The notes under the pieces: model-generated
Told to the model about the DNA's origin: nothing
Database searches by the model: none
The model's input: only the letters and a program-made list of their open reading frames with translations
In this document: positions 1 to 11,881 of the stretch, one piece after another
How positions within the stretch are numbered: the stretch's first letter is position 1
Layout: each line of letters begins with the position of its first letter
Source: Felis catus
Taxonomy: Eukaryota
NCBI RefSeq assembly: GCF_018350175.1
Contig: NC_058368.1
Location: 75,270,001 to 75,334,000, forward strand
Reading direction: 5' to 3'
Length of the DNA: 64,000 nt
Position numbers and translations under genes: made by a program

Positions 1-905
1 ATATTCAGAACATAAAAATAAAACCTGAATACCAATCAGAAGACAGACAACCCGATACAAAATTAGACAAGCAATTTCAACAGGCATTTCACAAAAGAGG
101 AAATCTAGTTGGTCAACACGAATACAAAAAAGTGTTCAACCGCAATAGCCCTTAGGGAAATTCAAATTAAAACCGCATGAAAGACTGCCACGCCTCTATC
201 AGAATGTCTAGAAGCTTATAAAGTCTGACAACATTTGATAAGAATGGAGGGAAATTGAAATTCTCATTCTCATACACTGCCGGGTAGGACTACAATTAGA
301 GCAATCATTTGAGAATACTGTTTGACATCACCCTCAAAGTTGAACATAAGCTCATCCTATGAGTTAATAATTATACTCTTAAGTACGTACCTAAATAAAA
401 ATGCATGCGTATGAATAAAAGTCACACACAAAGGAAACATTATTTGAAATAGAAAAAAAGAAAGATAATCCAAAGTCTAGCACAGTGGAATGGATGATTA
501 AATATTGGGAGTCGTAAAATGGGAAACCATACATGGAATGTTGCAGGTTCATTAAGGCACAAATGGAAACTGGAATCAATCTCACAAACGTAACAAAGTC
601 TGATAGAAGAAGAAATACTATATCATCGTATACTGTATTATTCCATTTACATAAAGTAAAAAACAAGACCTAAGTGTCTGAAGATGCAGACTTCGGTGGT
701 AAAATCATACAGACAAGCAACGATGTGCATACAACATCAAAGGCAGGATGGTGATGATCTCCAGGGACACGGAGGGGTGGTGACTTGGAACGGTCTAGGT
801 TTGGGGATTCTAAGGTCTCGAGGATATTCTGTTTCTTCATCTGGAAAATGACAACACAGGTGCTCACTACACAATTCATCAAACTCTACCTTTCTTTCAT
901 GGACT
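1..905 (+). mobile_element. Old L1 (L1ME-like) ORF2 3' end plus 3'UTR fragment
   Basis: Typical L1 3' motifs (caggcatttcacaaaagagga, caaattaaaacc, attccatttacataaagt, gatattctgtttcttcatctgg); no open frame. Confidence 0.8.
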
Positions 906-1299
906 TTTACAGAAATGAGAAGGAATGTGATATTAATGACTAAAGAGATAATTATATTCTGTGGTGTGCTCATAAAATTTTAACTCCATTTACTCATGAA
1001 ATCTACATGATCCCAGGGATATGATTTGGGGGAGGACATGACTGGGTGCCCAGGCTTCTTTAGTTTTGGTATAAGGTAAGTGGAGAGATGGATTCTGGAA
1101 GAGTGACCATCCTCTACTAAAGTTCCTTATGAGGGAATGAGGCATTGGCTATGGAAATTAGGCCTCCCAACTCAGCTATTTTAGCTCAATAGCATGGTCT
1201 GGGAAATAGGGCTAGATATGATTAAGGACCAATCACTAATTACCAACATCGAGCCTTCGTTTAGATGGGAGCCCAGCAGTCAGCAGTTAGCATTGGCCT

Positions 1300-1800
1300 G
1301 CGTGCTCAAGGTTCTGGAAAATGGTGTTTGCTAGCAGGCCCATGTGGCAGGTGTTGAATCAATGCTCCTGCTACCCATTCGATCCTTTCTGTCTCCTCCT
1401 CTCCCTGAACCGAACTCTCTGACTGAGTTCATCTCTTGGGTCCACAGGCTGGTTGGGTGTGTGTTCCATTAGGAAACAGACAAGGGTTGCCTGCTCGAAG
1501 GGCAAGGAAAGCTTACACAGTAATTGGTGGTCAAGAAGCTATGATCCCGTTTGTACTTTGTGTGGTGAATTCCTCAGTTATATCTGATTCTCTGTTATTT
1601 AGCAATCAGATTCAATCAAAGTACCCACATCTCTGGCACTTTTGCGTGCTATCCTCGTTCCTGAACCTTTGCTTTCAGACGGTGGTTTTCCAACTCCCTA
1701 CATTGATGGGGGTTTTGGTCTTTGTGTCTCTGATATAAACCTCAGGGCTAATATGCCCAACTCGGCAGTACAGGAAGCAAATTTGCCTTGCACATCTATT
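1300..1800 (-). mobile_element. Decayed Gypsy-like gag zinc knuckle plus protease fragment
   Basis: Minus-strand translation CFLYCRVGHISPEV (1779-1738, degenerate CX2CX4HX4C), then about 40 codons later VGTLIESDC*IT (1628-1593, resembles the ALxDSG protease site). Confidence 0.5.
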
Positions 1801-3344
1801 TCCAGCTTCCAGTCTGGACTACCAATCTCTTGATAAGCCCCACTTTGCCAAGTGATAGCTAACCCAGGCCAAAAACCAATGGAAGAGTGTCCTCTACATA
1901 GTGCATATTCAGTATCTATATCTACATTTATAGATGTAAATATATACATATAATAATAGCCAAAATAATAAATCTATATATGTCTTATTTATTATAAATT
2001 AATATACCTAGTGTATGTGTGAGTATGTATCATATTTCTTAATATTCAAGATTAAATGTCTTACACTAATTTATTATTAATCAAGGATCATGCATGGAAG
2101 TGGTTAGGGCTTGTAACTTTAAGTGTAATATGAACTGATTTCCACAAAGATATGTAAAGGTCGTAATAATTTACTCTGGGTGAATAGAACAATTCGACAA
2201 GGCTGTGTGCTGTTCAGTAACCAATGGCACAGATTCCTTATTTGTGCCCTACTGAGTCCTAAATCTATGAGCTCATAGGAGCCTATAGAGATCACAACAG
2301 ACCCTTCCAGAATCTTGGACGAATCAAGGTCACGTTGTCTTTACTCGGGAGGAATGGGAAAATGTGAACATACATGTGCACGCATGAAGCCCCAGCTAAA
2401 GTTCAAAGAAATCACACTCAATAGTCCCCCAGGTGCTCCCAATAGAAGACTCCTTGCAAATACTCCTAGAAATCCCCTCTAACAGCTCAACTTGGCACTT
2501 CAAAAAATGAAACAACTTTAAACACTTTTTTCCCCTTGCCTGTTCATGTAAGTTTCTTTGAAATTATAAAACGTGAATCTGATGCACTGATGGGGAAATC
2601 CAATTCTCTTCTTATCTATGAAAATAATTGATTCAACAACAGAATTAAAAGTATATTCACAGACTCCTTAGCAACTGGCAGAGAGACGTAACAATATATA
2701 TTTTTTCTCTCCTTGAATTTGTGTACCAGATTTCAACTTCCCATATATTGCCCTTCATCACAGTAAACAAGTATACTTATTTTGCACAAATTCCTTCCCC
2801 ATTGTCATTCTAAGTCTACTTGGAAAAACACAAGACACAGATATTTTTTTTCAAACTCTAAGATATTCCAAGTGAATAGAAATTAAATATGAAGCAACTT
2901 AAATAGCGTGTGTTTATTTATGTGTGGCTTGCCTTATTCCAACTGCTTACACACATTCATGTGGTTCATGATTAAAAGGAAATTGAGCAAATTTGGGCAA
3001 GAAAAAATAAAGTTATGATAGCAAGTTGAAGCCAGGGAAAGATTAGACATAAAGTGTTAGGTGTGGGCTTGCTAGACGTGGGCTGGAATCTTGGCTCTCG
3101 CTTCCCAAAGATCAAAGCCAAAAGAAAAACATAAATACATGATTCATAGTGTCCCACGGGGGGAAAACAAACAGGTTGCTTTGGAGAAGAAAAGCCATTG
3201 CTGATAATTTCATTAATGCAAGCAATTTCCCCTATGGCCTTTCTTCCGGAAAAGAAAATATAGATGTGGCCATGAGTGCCAATGTGGTTACATGTATACA
3301 TGTCATGTAGTAAAAATCCACAAAATTATTTGTCAGGAAACAAT

Positions 3345-3940
3345 CTGAGTGGGAATGTAAAATGGTGCGGCACATGTGAAAATGGTATGGTAATTCCTCG
3401 AAAAAGTAAACATAGAATTGCCATATGAGCCAGCAATTGCGCATCAAGAGATATATCATAAAAAGTTTAAGCAGGGATTCAAAAAGATTTCTGCACACTC
3501 ATGTTCATACACATTCTTCACAACAGCTAAAATATGGAAGAAGCTCAAGTATCCATCAGGAGATGAATGGATAAGCAGGAGTGATACGTGCTTACCATGA
3601 AATATTATTCAGCCTTAAAAAGCAAAGAGATTTCAACCCATGTTACAACGTGGATGAGCCTTGAGGACATTATGCTAACTGAAATAGAGCAGGTACGAAA
3701 GAACAAAGAGTGGATAATGCCACTTATATAAAGTATGTAGAGTAGTCAAATCCATAGAGACAGAAGATAGAATGGTGGTCGTCAGGGACGGTGGACAGAG
3801 GAGGATGAGCTAGAATTTATTGGCTGCAGACTCTCAGATGAAAAAGTTCTGGAGATAATGCTGATGATGGAACATCGCCACTTAATCGTCCACTTAAAAA
3901 TGGTTAGGCAATGAAGTTTACGTTATGCGTATTTTTACAA
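3345..3940 (+). mobile_element. L1MB-like 3' fragment
   Basis: gggaatgtaaaatggtg, aacatagaattgccatatgagccagcaatt, gaaatattattcagccttaaaaag, ttgaggacattatgcta, cacttaaaaatggtta. Confidence 0.88.
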
Positions 3941-4148
3941 GAGAAGCAATATGAGACGGTATCGCACATAACATCTGTAAATTAAAACTGATAGCATAAC
4001 ATTCAAAATGCACTCACTAGAAGCATTTCATAAAGGCCATATAATGTGATCTAGTTAGGTAGCTATCTGATGGTCTGATTCAGTAAAATGGAACAATTTA
4101 GAGATATTATAGTAATGGTGTCCAAAACCGTGCATGAATGTGTGCATC

Positions 4149-4154
4149 TGTGTG

Positions 4155-4184
<30 letters not shown>
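4149..4184. repeat. (TG)n microsatellite
   Basis: Direct reading; one CG interruption. Confidence 0.95.
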
Positions 4185-4185
<1 letters not shown>

Positions 4186-4599
4186 TCATTGCCTGTTGAA
4201 GTAGTTTAATAGAGAAAGTTGTGTGCTCTCTCTTCGCCAGTTCCAAAGGCACTTCAGAAGAGTCCTAGGTTTCAAAACATACAGTTTGAAAGGTGCTACT
4301 CTGGAAAAACTGAAAAATCAGTTTATCTTTCTGGATATCATGGTTGAGTACAAGGCTTATTCTGCCTTGACTGGGGGCAGAGGGAGCTCTTTCTCTCTCC
4401 AAACAACTCAGATCTTGGAAGAATTGATATACGTGGTGACATCTTCAAAATGGTGGCAGTGTCTATTAAGTATCTAAATAACTGCCCTATCAACAAAGCA
4501 AACCAAAACAAAACAAAGCAAAACAAAACAAAGCCTTTCATTATGTAAGCTCTCATGTTCCCAAAATAGAGGAAAACGGGGATCGTGTTTCCAAGGGCT

Positions 4600-7500
4600 A
4601 CTCTGTAACTTAGCTACTACCTTCTACACGTGTTTTGCTAAATCCCATGTGCTATGCCAGTTGTCCTGGATGTTAGATAAGCAATCTCTTCCTGCTACAG
4701 CAGGTACTCATCACTCATCATAACACCTATGGCTCTGTGGTTGTGGAGCACCACATTTCCCCTGCCCCTTTTTCTTGGGAACCTGTGGCATCCACCATGT
4801 ACTTGGCCCAGATTCCCTGACATAATGAGAATATTGCACGATGCTGGCCAACACTTCAGTGGAAACTCCTGGTGATTAAATTCCAAAATTCCAAAATGAA
4901 TTTTAGGTAGCTCCCAGTTAGATTATTTCTAGGAACAGCTCCCAACCGACCCCTCAAGTATATGCACGGGATTCACATAGCCAGCAGTGGTAATGGAAAA
5001 TGGATCCCAGTTTTGCATTTGTACCCAGAGCCCATTTGTACTATAGGCCATGAGAGGGAAATATTTTTGATCTATTAACTATGATCTAGTTGTTAGAAGT
5101 ACTAGTTCCCATCCACTTGGTCCCAGACTTATGGAACGTACATAAGCAAAATGGAGAGCTTTTCTATGGTTGACAGGGGTCAGTGAAAGCTTGGGAATAT
5201 ATCATATACTTTCTGAAAATTCTCGGAAAAATTGTGAGCCATTGAGACCCTAACAGTGTATGTGTTTCCTTTATACAATCTTATCATCACACGAGCTGTC
5301 TCCTTTAATGCAAAAGCCTTCCTCTTATGAAAGCCTTGCCTCAGATATTTAACTATGGTGTTACTCCCCTAGCTGTTTATCCAGGGTGTGGTGTTTATTT
5401 GTGCAACCTAGAAGAGGGATCTGGAATGAGAAGTAGGTCTGGATACTGGATAATGGTATTATTTCACATAAACAACATCAATACTGGTTAGTCATAGTCG
5501 CCTATCACCAATATCAACATTTTTGTTGGTATAAATGATCTTTACTTATTGGTGCATCAAATTGCCTGAGAACGCCACTCCCTATCCACTAAAAGCTTTG
5601 GTTACAAGTATTGCCCCAAAGTAAAACTGGCTTGCCATATTACCAACATTCCCTGGGATGCAAGCTGTGTGGCTAAAATACTTTGCCAAATTTTATTATA
5701 GCAAAGTAATATATATTTTGGGTTACCACATGAGCTGCTAGATTCTCCCACCTTCCACTGATAAAATTCTAGTATTGGAGTGGCAGGTTTGTGAAGAGGA
5801 GAGACAAGGTAAATCTTCCCTAAGTTTCTAAGTTGCCAGGTGAGGTTTGCACCAGGTGACTACTGTCCTTGTTTGAGTACTTGAAACACTAGGCAATAAC
5901 TAGTCAGAACTCTTGATCGTTAGAATTCCAAGGGAGGTGATGCTGACCAAGTTTTCTGCCTGAACCGTGAGCCCCTCTAAGAGTAAGTTACACCCAATGT
6001 GAGTCCTTCAATGAGTCAGTCAAGTTCTCTGGTCGATACTACCAATGCTCTCACCTGCAAGCATTGTTTTTCCATTCTTCCTAGTGTTTTTCCAAGGAAC
6101 GGTGGTTACAAAGAGGTGGAACAAAGTCTGTGTCATTGTTCCTGGTTGGCATAAGGAGCTCAATTAGTGGGGGAGTAAGATCAGAAAGAGGAGGGAGCTT
6201 CTCTGAATCAGCCCAATCTCTTCTTCCCTTCAGCATGTGGGTAATTGAGGGCAACATTTGGCCACTTAGACTTATGTGTGTCTTAGTGTGAATTTATCTC
6301 CATGAACGAAGAGAAGCTTGTCCTCTCTCATACCCATTCAGTGTCCCAGGGGCTGCTTTCTACCATCTATCTTTACTTGAAGGATCTGACCACTTCTCAT
6401 TCTTCCTACCATACTGGATTATAGTTACCAACCTTGTATTCATGGGCTTGGTGGCAGATGGAGCTTTGCTACCTGGTTCCTGTGCTTCCACTGAAGTTCT
6501 TATTTCCCTACTTATGTTATGTAATCACCAGGATCCATTATTGCCGGATATTTAGAATCTGGTGCCTCCGCCATTTTCCCCCTTTGTTTCATTAATCTGG
6601 AGCTACTTAAACTTTCTTGGGAAGAGCATAGATTATTTTAGGCATATGTCCGTGGGTCTCCAGGAGCAAATTAGAAATATGGTAGTTGTTCCTGGGATGG
6701 AAAAGAAGGTTCAGAATATATGAAAGAAATACAACAAAGAGTTTCTTCAGACCCTTCACTCAAGCAGCAGCTATTTAAGAACGATATGATGCATGAGTAC
6801 ACCAGTGATGTGGAAGTCTAAACTCATCCAATTGTATTCATTTTAGATGTGTGATTTTATTGTGTATCACTTTATGTCAATAAAACATAAAAACATAAAC
6901 AATTAGAGAGCCAATCCCATTCCTCCTACCACTACCCAACTGCACCTTCTGAAGATTGACCTTGATTTTAAGTTCTGATTGCCTTTGCATTAGCTCCAAA
7001 GGGACTAGTCTGTAAAAGCCATGTGATTGCCATATCCTTGCTTTTGCTTATTTTTCCCAAATCTTAACATCAGCAGCAGAGAAGTATGGTTTCTGGTTAG
7101 AAGTAATGGTAGCTAGAGTTCTATAAGTTTTATTAACTTGTCCCCAACTTCTCGATCCTGACTGCATGATCTAACTCACAGCGATGGTCACCTTTAGTCA
7201 TGATTAACTGAGCTTACTCAGATATCTTAGTGAATCTGTTCATACTTCTGTTGAAGAATGGCATTTTCTCGTGAGAGGTACCACCTTGTTCTCCTTGTCT
7301 CATTTCTTTTAAGACAGTCATATTTTGCATAGGGAAGCACAGAAGCTTTGTGGCCGGATTGCTATGGACACACCTCTTGCCTCTGGTGTGCGTCAAGGCA
7401 TTGGCTTGCAAATCACACGGTTGGCCAAAGGCAAGCTATTCCTGTGATGTTAGGGTATCCTTTTTCTATCTGTAAAGTACCAACAAGATTGCATTTAGTG

Positions 7501-7760
7501 TGTTAGATTTTATCAGATATGCTCAGACCCATCCCTTAATACCCTAATCCATATCTTCCAAAGTCAGGCAAGTCTGCAACTGAGTCCCTGTTTCCAGGGG
7601 CAGTATAAATAAAGATCTTTTTTGACCCACCTTGGGCTATCTCACCCAGCAGCAGGAATGCTCAGATTCTACCCATTGCACATTCTGCCTCCTACGTATA
7701 TTGTTGTGACTACTAAGCCACTTCATAAGTAAGCCTGGGTCCCCGGCCTCTTCCTGATGT
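4600..7760 (-). mobile_element. Decayed Gypsy-type (Gmr1-like; possibly MamGyp family) internal region: gag, protease, integrase
   Basis: Motif remnants QAYL..QWV..FLLLGEIAQ (7737-7632), VKIDGRK..FVHGD (6376-6296), LAAHV (5741-5727), VDI..QYPD (5518-5437), NGSQF (5243-5229), NWD (5012-5004), SQEK (4780-4769), SDEYLL (4715-4698), NWHSTW (4662-4645), in integrase order; many stops and frameshifts. Confidence 0.6.
6785..6900 (+). mobile_element. Short old L1 3' terminal fragment inside the Gypsy-like relic
   Basis: aaactcatccaattgtattcattttagatgtgtgattttattgtgtatcactttatgtcaataaaa resembles an L1M 3' terminus. Confidence 0.6.
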
Positions 7761-8021
7761 TTCTGATTTTGAACCCAGGAATATTTGGCTTATACATGCT
7801 GTTAGTATTATAGATCAAAAGAATATTAGTCTCCTTGATTTCAGACTTCTCCTACCAATGCCTACATCTAGTGTCACTGGCATCGTTGCTGAAATCCCTG
7901 CCTTAAAAACTGTCTATCCTGTGATTGACATAGGAACCAGGGTTAGTATTTGGATTCCAGGAGTCAGATTAGTAGCTCTGCCTTGGATCCTAGAGCTTTT
8001 CAATTGAACAGAGGGGATCTT

Positions 8022-8486
8022 TGTTACGTGCTGGATTGTGTCCTCCCAAAATGCGTACATTGAGGTCCTCCCTTCCAATACTTCCCGACGTGGTCTTATT
8101 GGGAAATAGAGTCACCGCAGTGTAATTAGGTAAGATGAAGTCATGCTGAAGGAGGATTGGTCCCTAATCCAATATGACTGACGTCCCTTTAAAAAGGGGG
8201 AATTTGGACATAGACGAACCCCCAGGAAGAGTCCCAGGTGGAGATGAAAGCATAGTTGGAGTGCTACGTTTACAGGTTAAGGAACACGAAACGCTCTCAG
8301 CAGACCACCAGAAGCTAAGAGGAAGGCACGGAACAAATTTTCCCTCACAGCCCTCAGAAGCAACAAACCCTTTCAACACCTTGATCCTGGATTTCTAGCA
8401 TCCAGAGCCACGAGACAGTAAGTGTTTGTTGTCTAAGCTACCCAGTTTGTGGTACTTTGTCATGGCATCCCTAGCAAATGAGTACA
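8022..8486 (+). mobile_element. MaLR LTR, MLT1C-like, near full length
   Basis: TG...CA ends; ccctaatccaatatgactg, accaccagaagctaagagg, caccttgatcctggatttctagc, cccagtttgtggtactttgt. Confidence 0.9.
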
Positions 8487-9205
8487 GTCTCCAAGTGGTG
8501 TAATCTTGGCTATGGGATTTCCAAATGCATTCTCATAAAAAGATGTAATATTCTGAGTCTAACTCGGTGTTATTTATATTCTTCCTTTTATTAAGTTATT
8601 ATACTCTCCCAGAGACTTAGCCTTGAATGACCTACTTCCATTCTTTAATATTTGCCCTGGGTAGAAAAATGCATGTTTCAAAGTAAAATTGAAGGGACAA
8701 TATTTGGGCTTCACTGAGAAACGTTTACCTACTTGTATAAAAAACAACAATGCTTAGATATTAAATATTCTTGGAGAAGATTTATGAAACCCACAGAATG
8801 TTGTTTATTGCGGAAGTAATATGAAACACTTAGATACTTAACAATTAGATTTTCCCATGCTTTTTACCCATGATGGATTTATATTTTTATGTTCTCGACA
8901 TGGTATAAATTTCCTCATGGGAAAAAGTATAGATTTTAGGTTAATTCTGATAATATGTGTACTCTTTAAATCGCCTGCCATTTTTTTCTGATTGGCAACA
9001 CTATCCACTTTGGGAAGTATTCTGTAACGTGGAGTTACATAAGTTTTCTCTAGTCCAGAAAGTAGTTCGTTAACATAGAACTATGATATGTCCGTTGATT
9101 TATTTTCACAAATGATGCCTATATCTAAATTACATAAGGGAATTATTAAAATGAATTAAAAACACAGAATCCATCAATTTAATATTTATTAGAAAAAGTG
9201 AGACA

Positions 9206-9421
9206 GGGGCGCCTGGGTGGCGCAGTCGGTTAAGCATCCGACTTCAGCCAGGTCACGATCTCGCGGTCCGTGAGTTTGAGCCCCGCGTCGGGCTCTGGGC
9301 TGATGGCTCAGAGCCTGGAGCCTGTTTCCGATTCTGTGTCTCCCTCTCTCTCTGCCCCTCCCCCGTTCATGCTCTGTCTCTGTCCCAAAAATAAATAAAC
9401 GTTGAAAAAAAAAAAAAAAAA
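9206..9421 (+). mobile_element. Young felid CanSINE (SINEC_Fc type)
   Basis: GGGGCGCCTGGGTGGCGCAGTCGG head, CT tract, A tail; perfect 15-bp TSD AGAAAAAGTGAGACA (9191-9205, 9422-9436). Confidence 0.97.
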
Positions 9422-10095
9422 AGAAAAAGTGAGACAAAGAACGATTGATGGCCTATTCCACTAATTGAAAGACATACACATTTATGTATATATTCACGCA
9501 GGTGTATGTATAAATACACACACATACAATGATTTATTTTGAAATATTTTAAATTACTCAGTGTCTGTATGCTTCATTTTTGTCTTTATCAGTTTTTGCT
9601 GTTGCTTACATATATTCATGAAAAACTGAATGGAAGCTGAAATGGAATATTTTACATACAGAAGTCTCTAAGTTAAAATTTGTTAATAAGTGAATTAGGC
9701 CTGAAATGGGCAAATGAGTATACTCTGAGTGATGATTTGCAAATAGAGCAGAGGTGACTTCTGAACGTTCTCCCTTTTTCTAGCTCATTGATCATTTCAA
9801 GACCTAAAGATACACCAAAGTGTTCCACAGACATGGTGGTGGACAGAGTTCTTCAGGGCCCAGAAGATAAATTAATTCCATGAGGTTCCTCACTTCGAGA
9901 TTCTAAACATAATAGCTCTATTGTCATGTTTTTCATAACATATTTTTGTATCCTATAAGATTATAGTAAGCGACAATAAGCCCCTATTAATCAAGAAAAA
10001 TTATGAAAACAATGGACTTGTCCAAATAGGATCATTTAAATGCCAAAAATGTCTTTTAAGAAAAGTTTAGCTTTCTTCTTAAGCCCCTAACTTCT

Positions 10096-10313
10096 GGGCA
10101 CCTGGGGGGTTCGGTGGGTTAAGCACCTGACTTCAGCTCAGGTCATGACCTCATGGCTTGTGAGTTCGAGCCCCAAATCGGCCTTTCCTCTGTCAGCCCA
10201 GAGCCTGTTTTGGACCCTCTCCTCCTTCCCTCTCTGTCCCTACCCCACACTGTCTCTCTGTCTCTCAAAAATAGAATAAAAACATTAAAACAAACAAACA
10301 AACAAACAAAAAA
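10096..10313 (+). mobile_element. CanSINE (older) with (CAAA)n tail
   Basis: tRNA-like head, gagttcgagccc B-box region, CT tract. Confidence 0.93.
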
Positions 10314-10956
10314 TCTAACTACCATAACCATGCGAACTCACACACACACTTGAGCTTTTAACGTTGCATAATTACACTATTGAGTCCCACATGGTTTAGT
10401 TGCATATATGACATGCTCTAGAGCTAATTCTAATGGTTTGTGTGACTAAATGATTGACGTTAGAGTTTTTTTTTTTTTATCCAGAAAAGGATACATTTAA
10501 TTCATTTATCAAAACAGTTCAATTAGGTTTTTCCCACAAGGATTTGTTGTTGTTGTTGTTGTTAAAATTTTACTTACATTTCCTAGGAAAAGTAATGTTT
10601 TCTGTAAAACATATATTCACAACATAAGGAATTTAAGTAATGTGAAACACAGTAGAAGATAAAGGGAGAAAACAACCTCTCCAATCTTTTTACCAGAAAC
10701 GTAGAGATAAACTTAAGGTATATATCATTCTAAAAGTCTTTGTAAAAATACACACTGATGAAAATATATAAATATAGATAGTAAAGTGAACAGAAATATA
10801 GTTCAAAGTGTATTTTAAAAGTTGTCATATCACGTATTTTGAAATAATAAATTACATGATGTTGGTGTTAATTTTACTTGAAATTAATATACTGATAAAA
10901 CTGAAAAAAGTGGACAAAGTTATTGAACATAAAATGTCTCACAACATATTATTTCT

Positions 10957-10988
10957 TTTTTTTATTTTTAAGTTGATTTACCTACTCT

Positions 10989-11021
<33 letters not shown>

Positions 11022-11190
11022 CACAAGCCAGGGAGGAGCAGAGAAAGAGGGGGGTCATGAGAATCCCAAGCAGGCTCCGTGTTGTCAGCACAGAGCCTGA
11101 CTCGTGGCTCAATCCCATGAACTGTGAGATCACGACCTGAGCTAAAATCAAGAGTCGGAGGCTTAACTGACTGAGCCACCCAGGCACCCC
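10957..11190 (-). mobile_element. CanSINE
   Basis: Reverse head caggcacccc; 18-bp TSD with 2 mismatches (10939-10956, 11191-11208). Confidence 0.95.
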
Positions 11191-11693
11191 TCACCAGATA
11201 TTATTTCTGTAGTTGAGATAGTTTTTTTTAAGACAGTAAAAGTCTAGGGTCATTATGTTTTTATTTATTGTCACATCTCAATATTAGCTTCTGCCACCAA
11301 AGACAAGGGCATTGATACATTGGCTTTTCCTTCTCACATGTCAATTCTGTAATTATATTAGTTCTTATATTCTCAACTCTGTAACGTTGTTATTCAGTTA
11401 TGTAACAATACTTCCAAAGGTTATTGAGTATCACTATTGCATGTAAATTGATTCATACGCAACAGAACTCATTTTACCATGGTTTCTCCGTGTTTTTTTT
11501 TTTTTTTGAGTTATTTTTTATCAGACTGTCCTTTGACCAGATTTAAAACTGACCAAGAACTATTTCTTCCCTCCAAGGTGCCATGGATTTTACCTGTGTT
11601 GTGTCCATGTTGCGTACTCGCGCAACTATTTGCCGCTAAGTGGTTTTATTTTTGCCAACAGTGCTTCCTGCCATTTTGTCTAGGCCTTATGTA

Positions 11694-11881
11694 AGTAGGG
11701 TTCAAACTGTGGTCCCCACAGGAGCAGCAGGCGATCACCTGGGAACTTGTTTGAAATGCGAGTAAGTTCTCAGCCTTCCTCAGACCTGCTGAATCAGAAA
11801 GTAGGGAGTGGAGCCCAGCCTTCTGTGTTTTCATAGCACCAGCAGGTGGTTCTGAACAACATTCAAGCTTGAGAACCGCTC
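11694..11881. mobile_element. MER5A-like hAT-Charlie MITE
   Basis: ttcaaactgtggtcccc...atcacctgggaacttgtttgaaatgc...cagacctgctgaatcagaaa...ttgagaaccgct. Confidence 0.85.

Noticed and set aside
1917..1944. Imperfect AT-rich palindrome
   Set aside because: Low-complexity AT context makes it expected by chance.
9206..9290. tRNA-like A/B box sequence
   Set aside because: It is the tRNA-derived SINE head and continues into the SINE body; it is not a tRNA gene.
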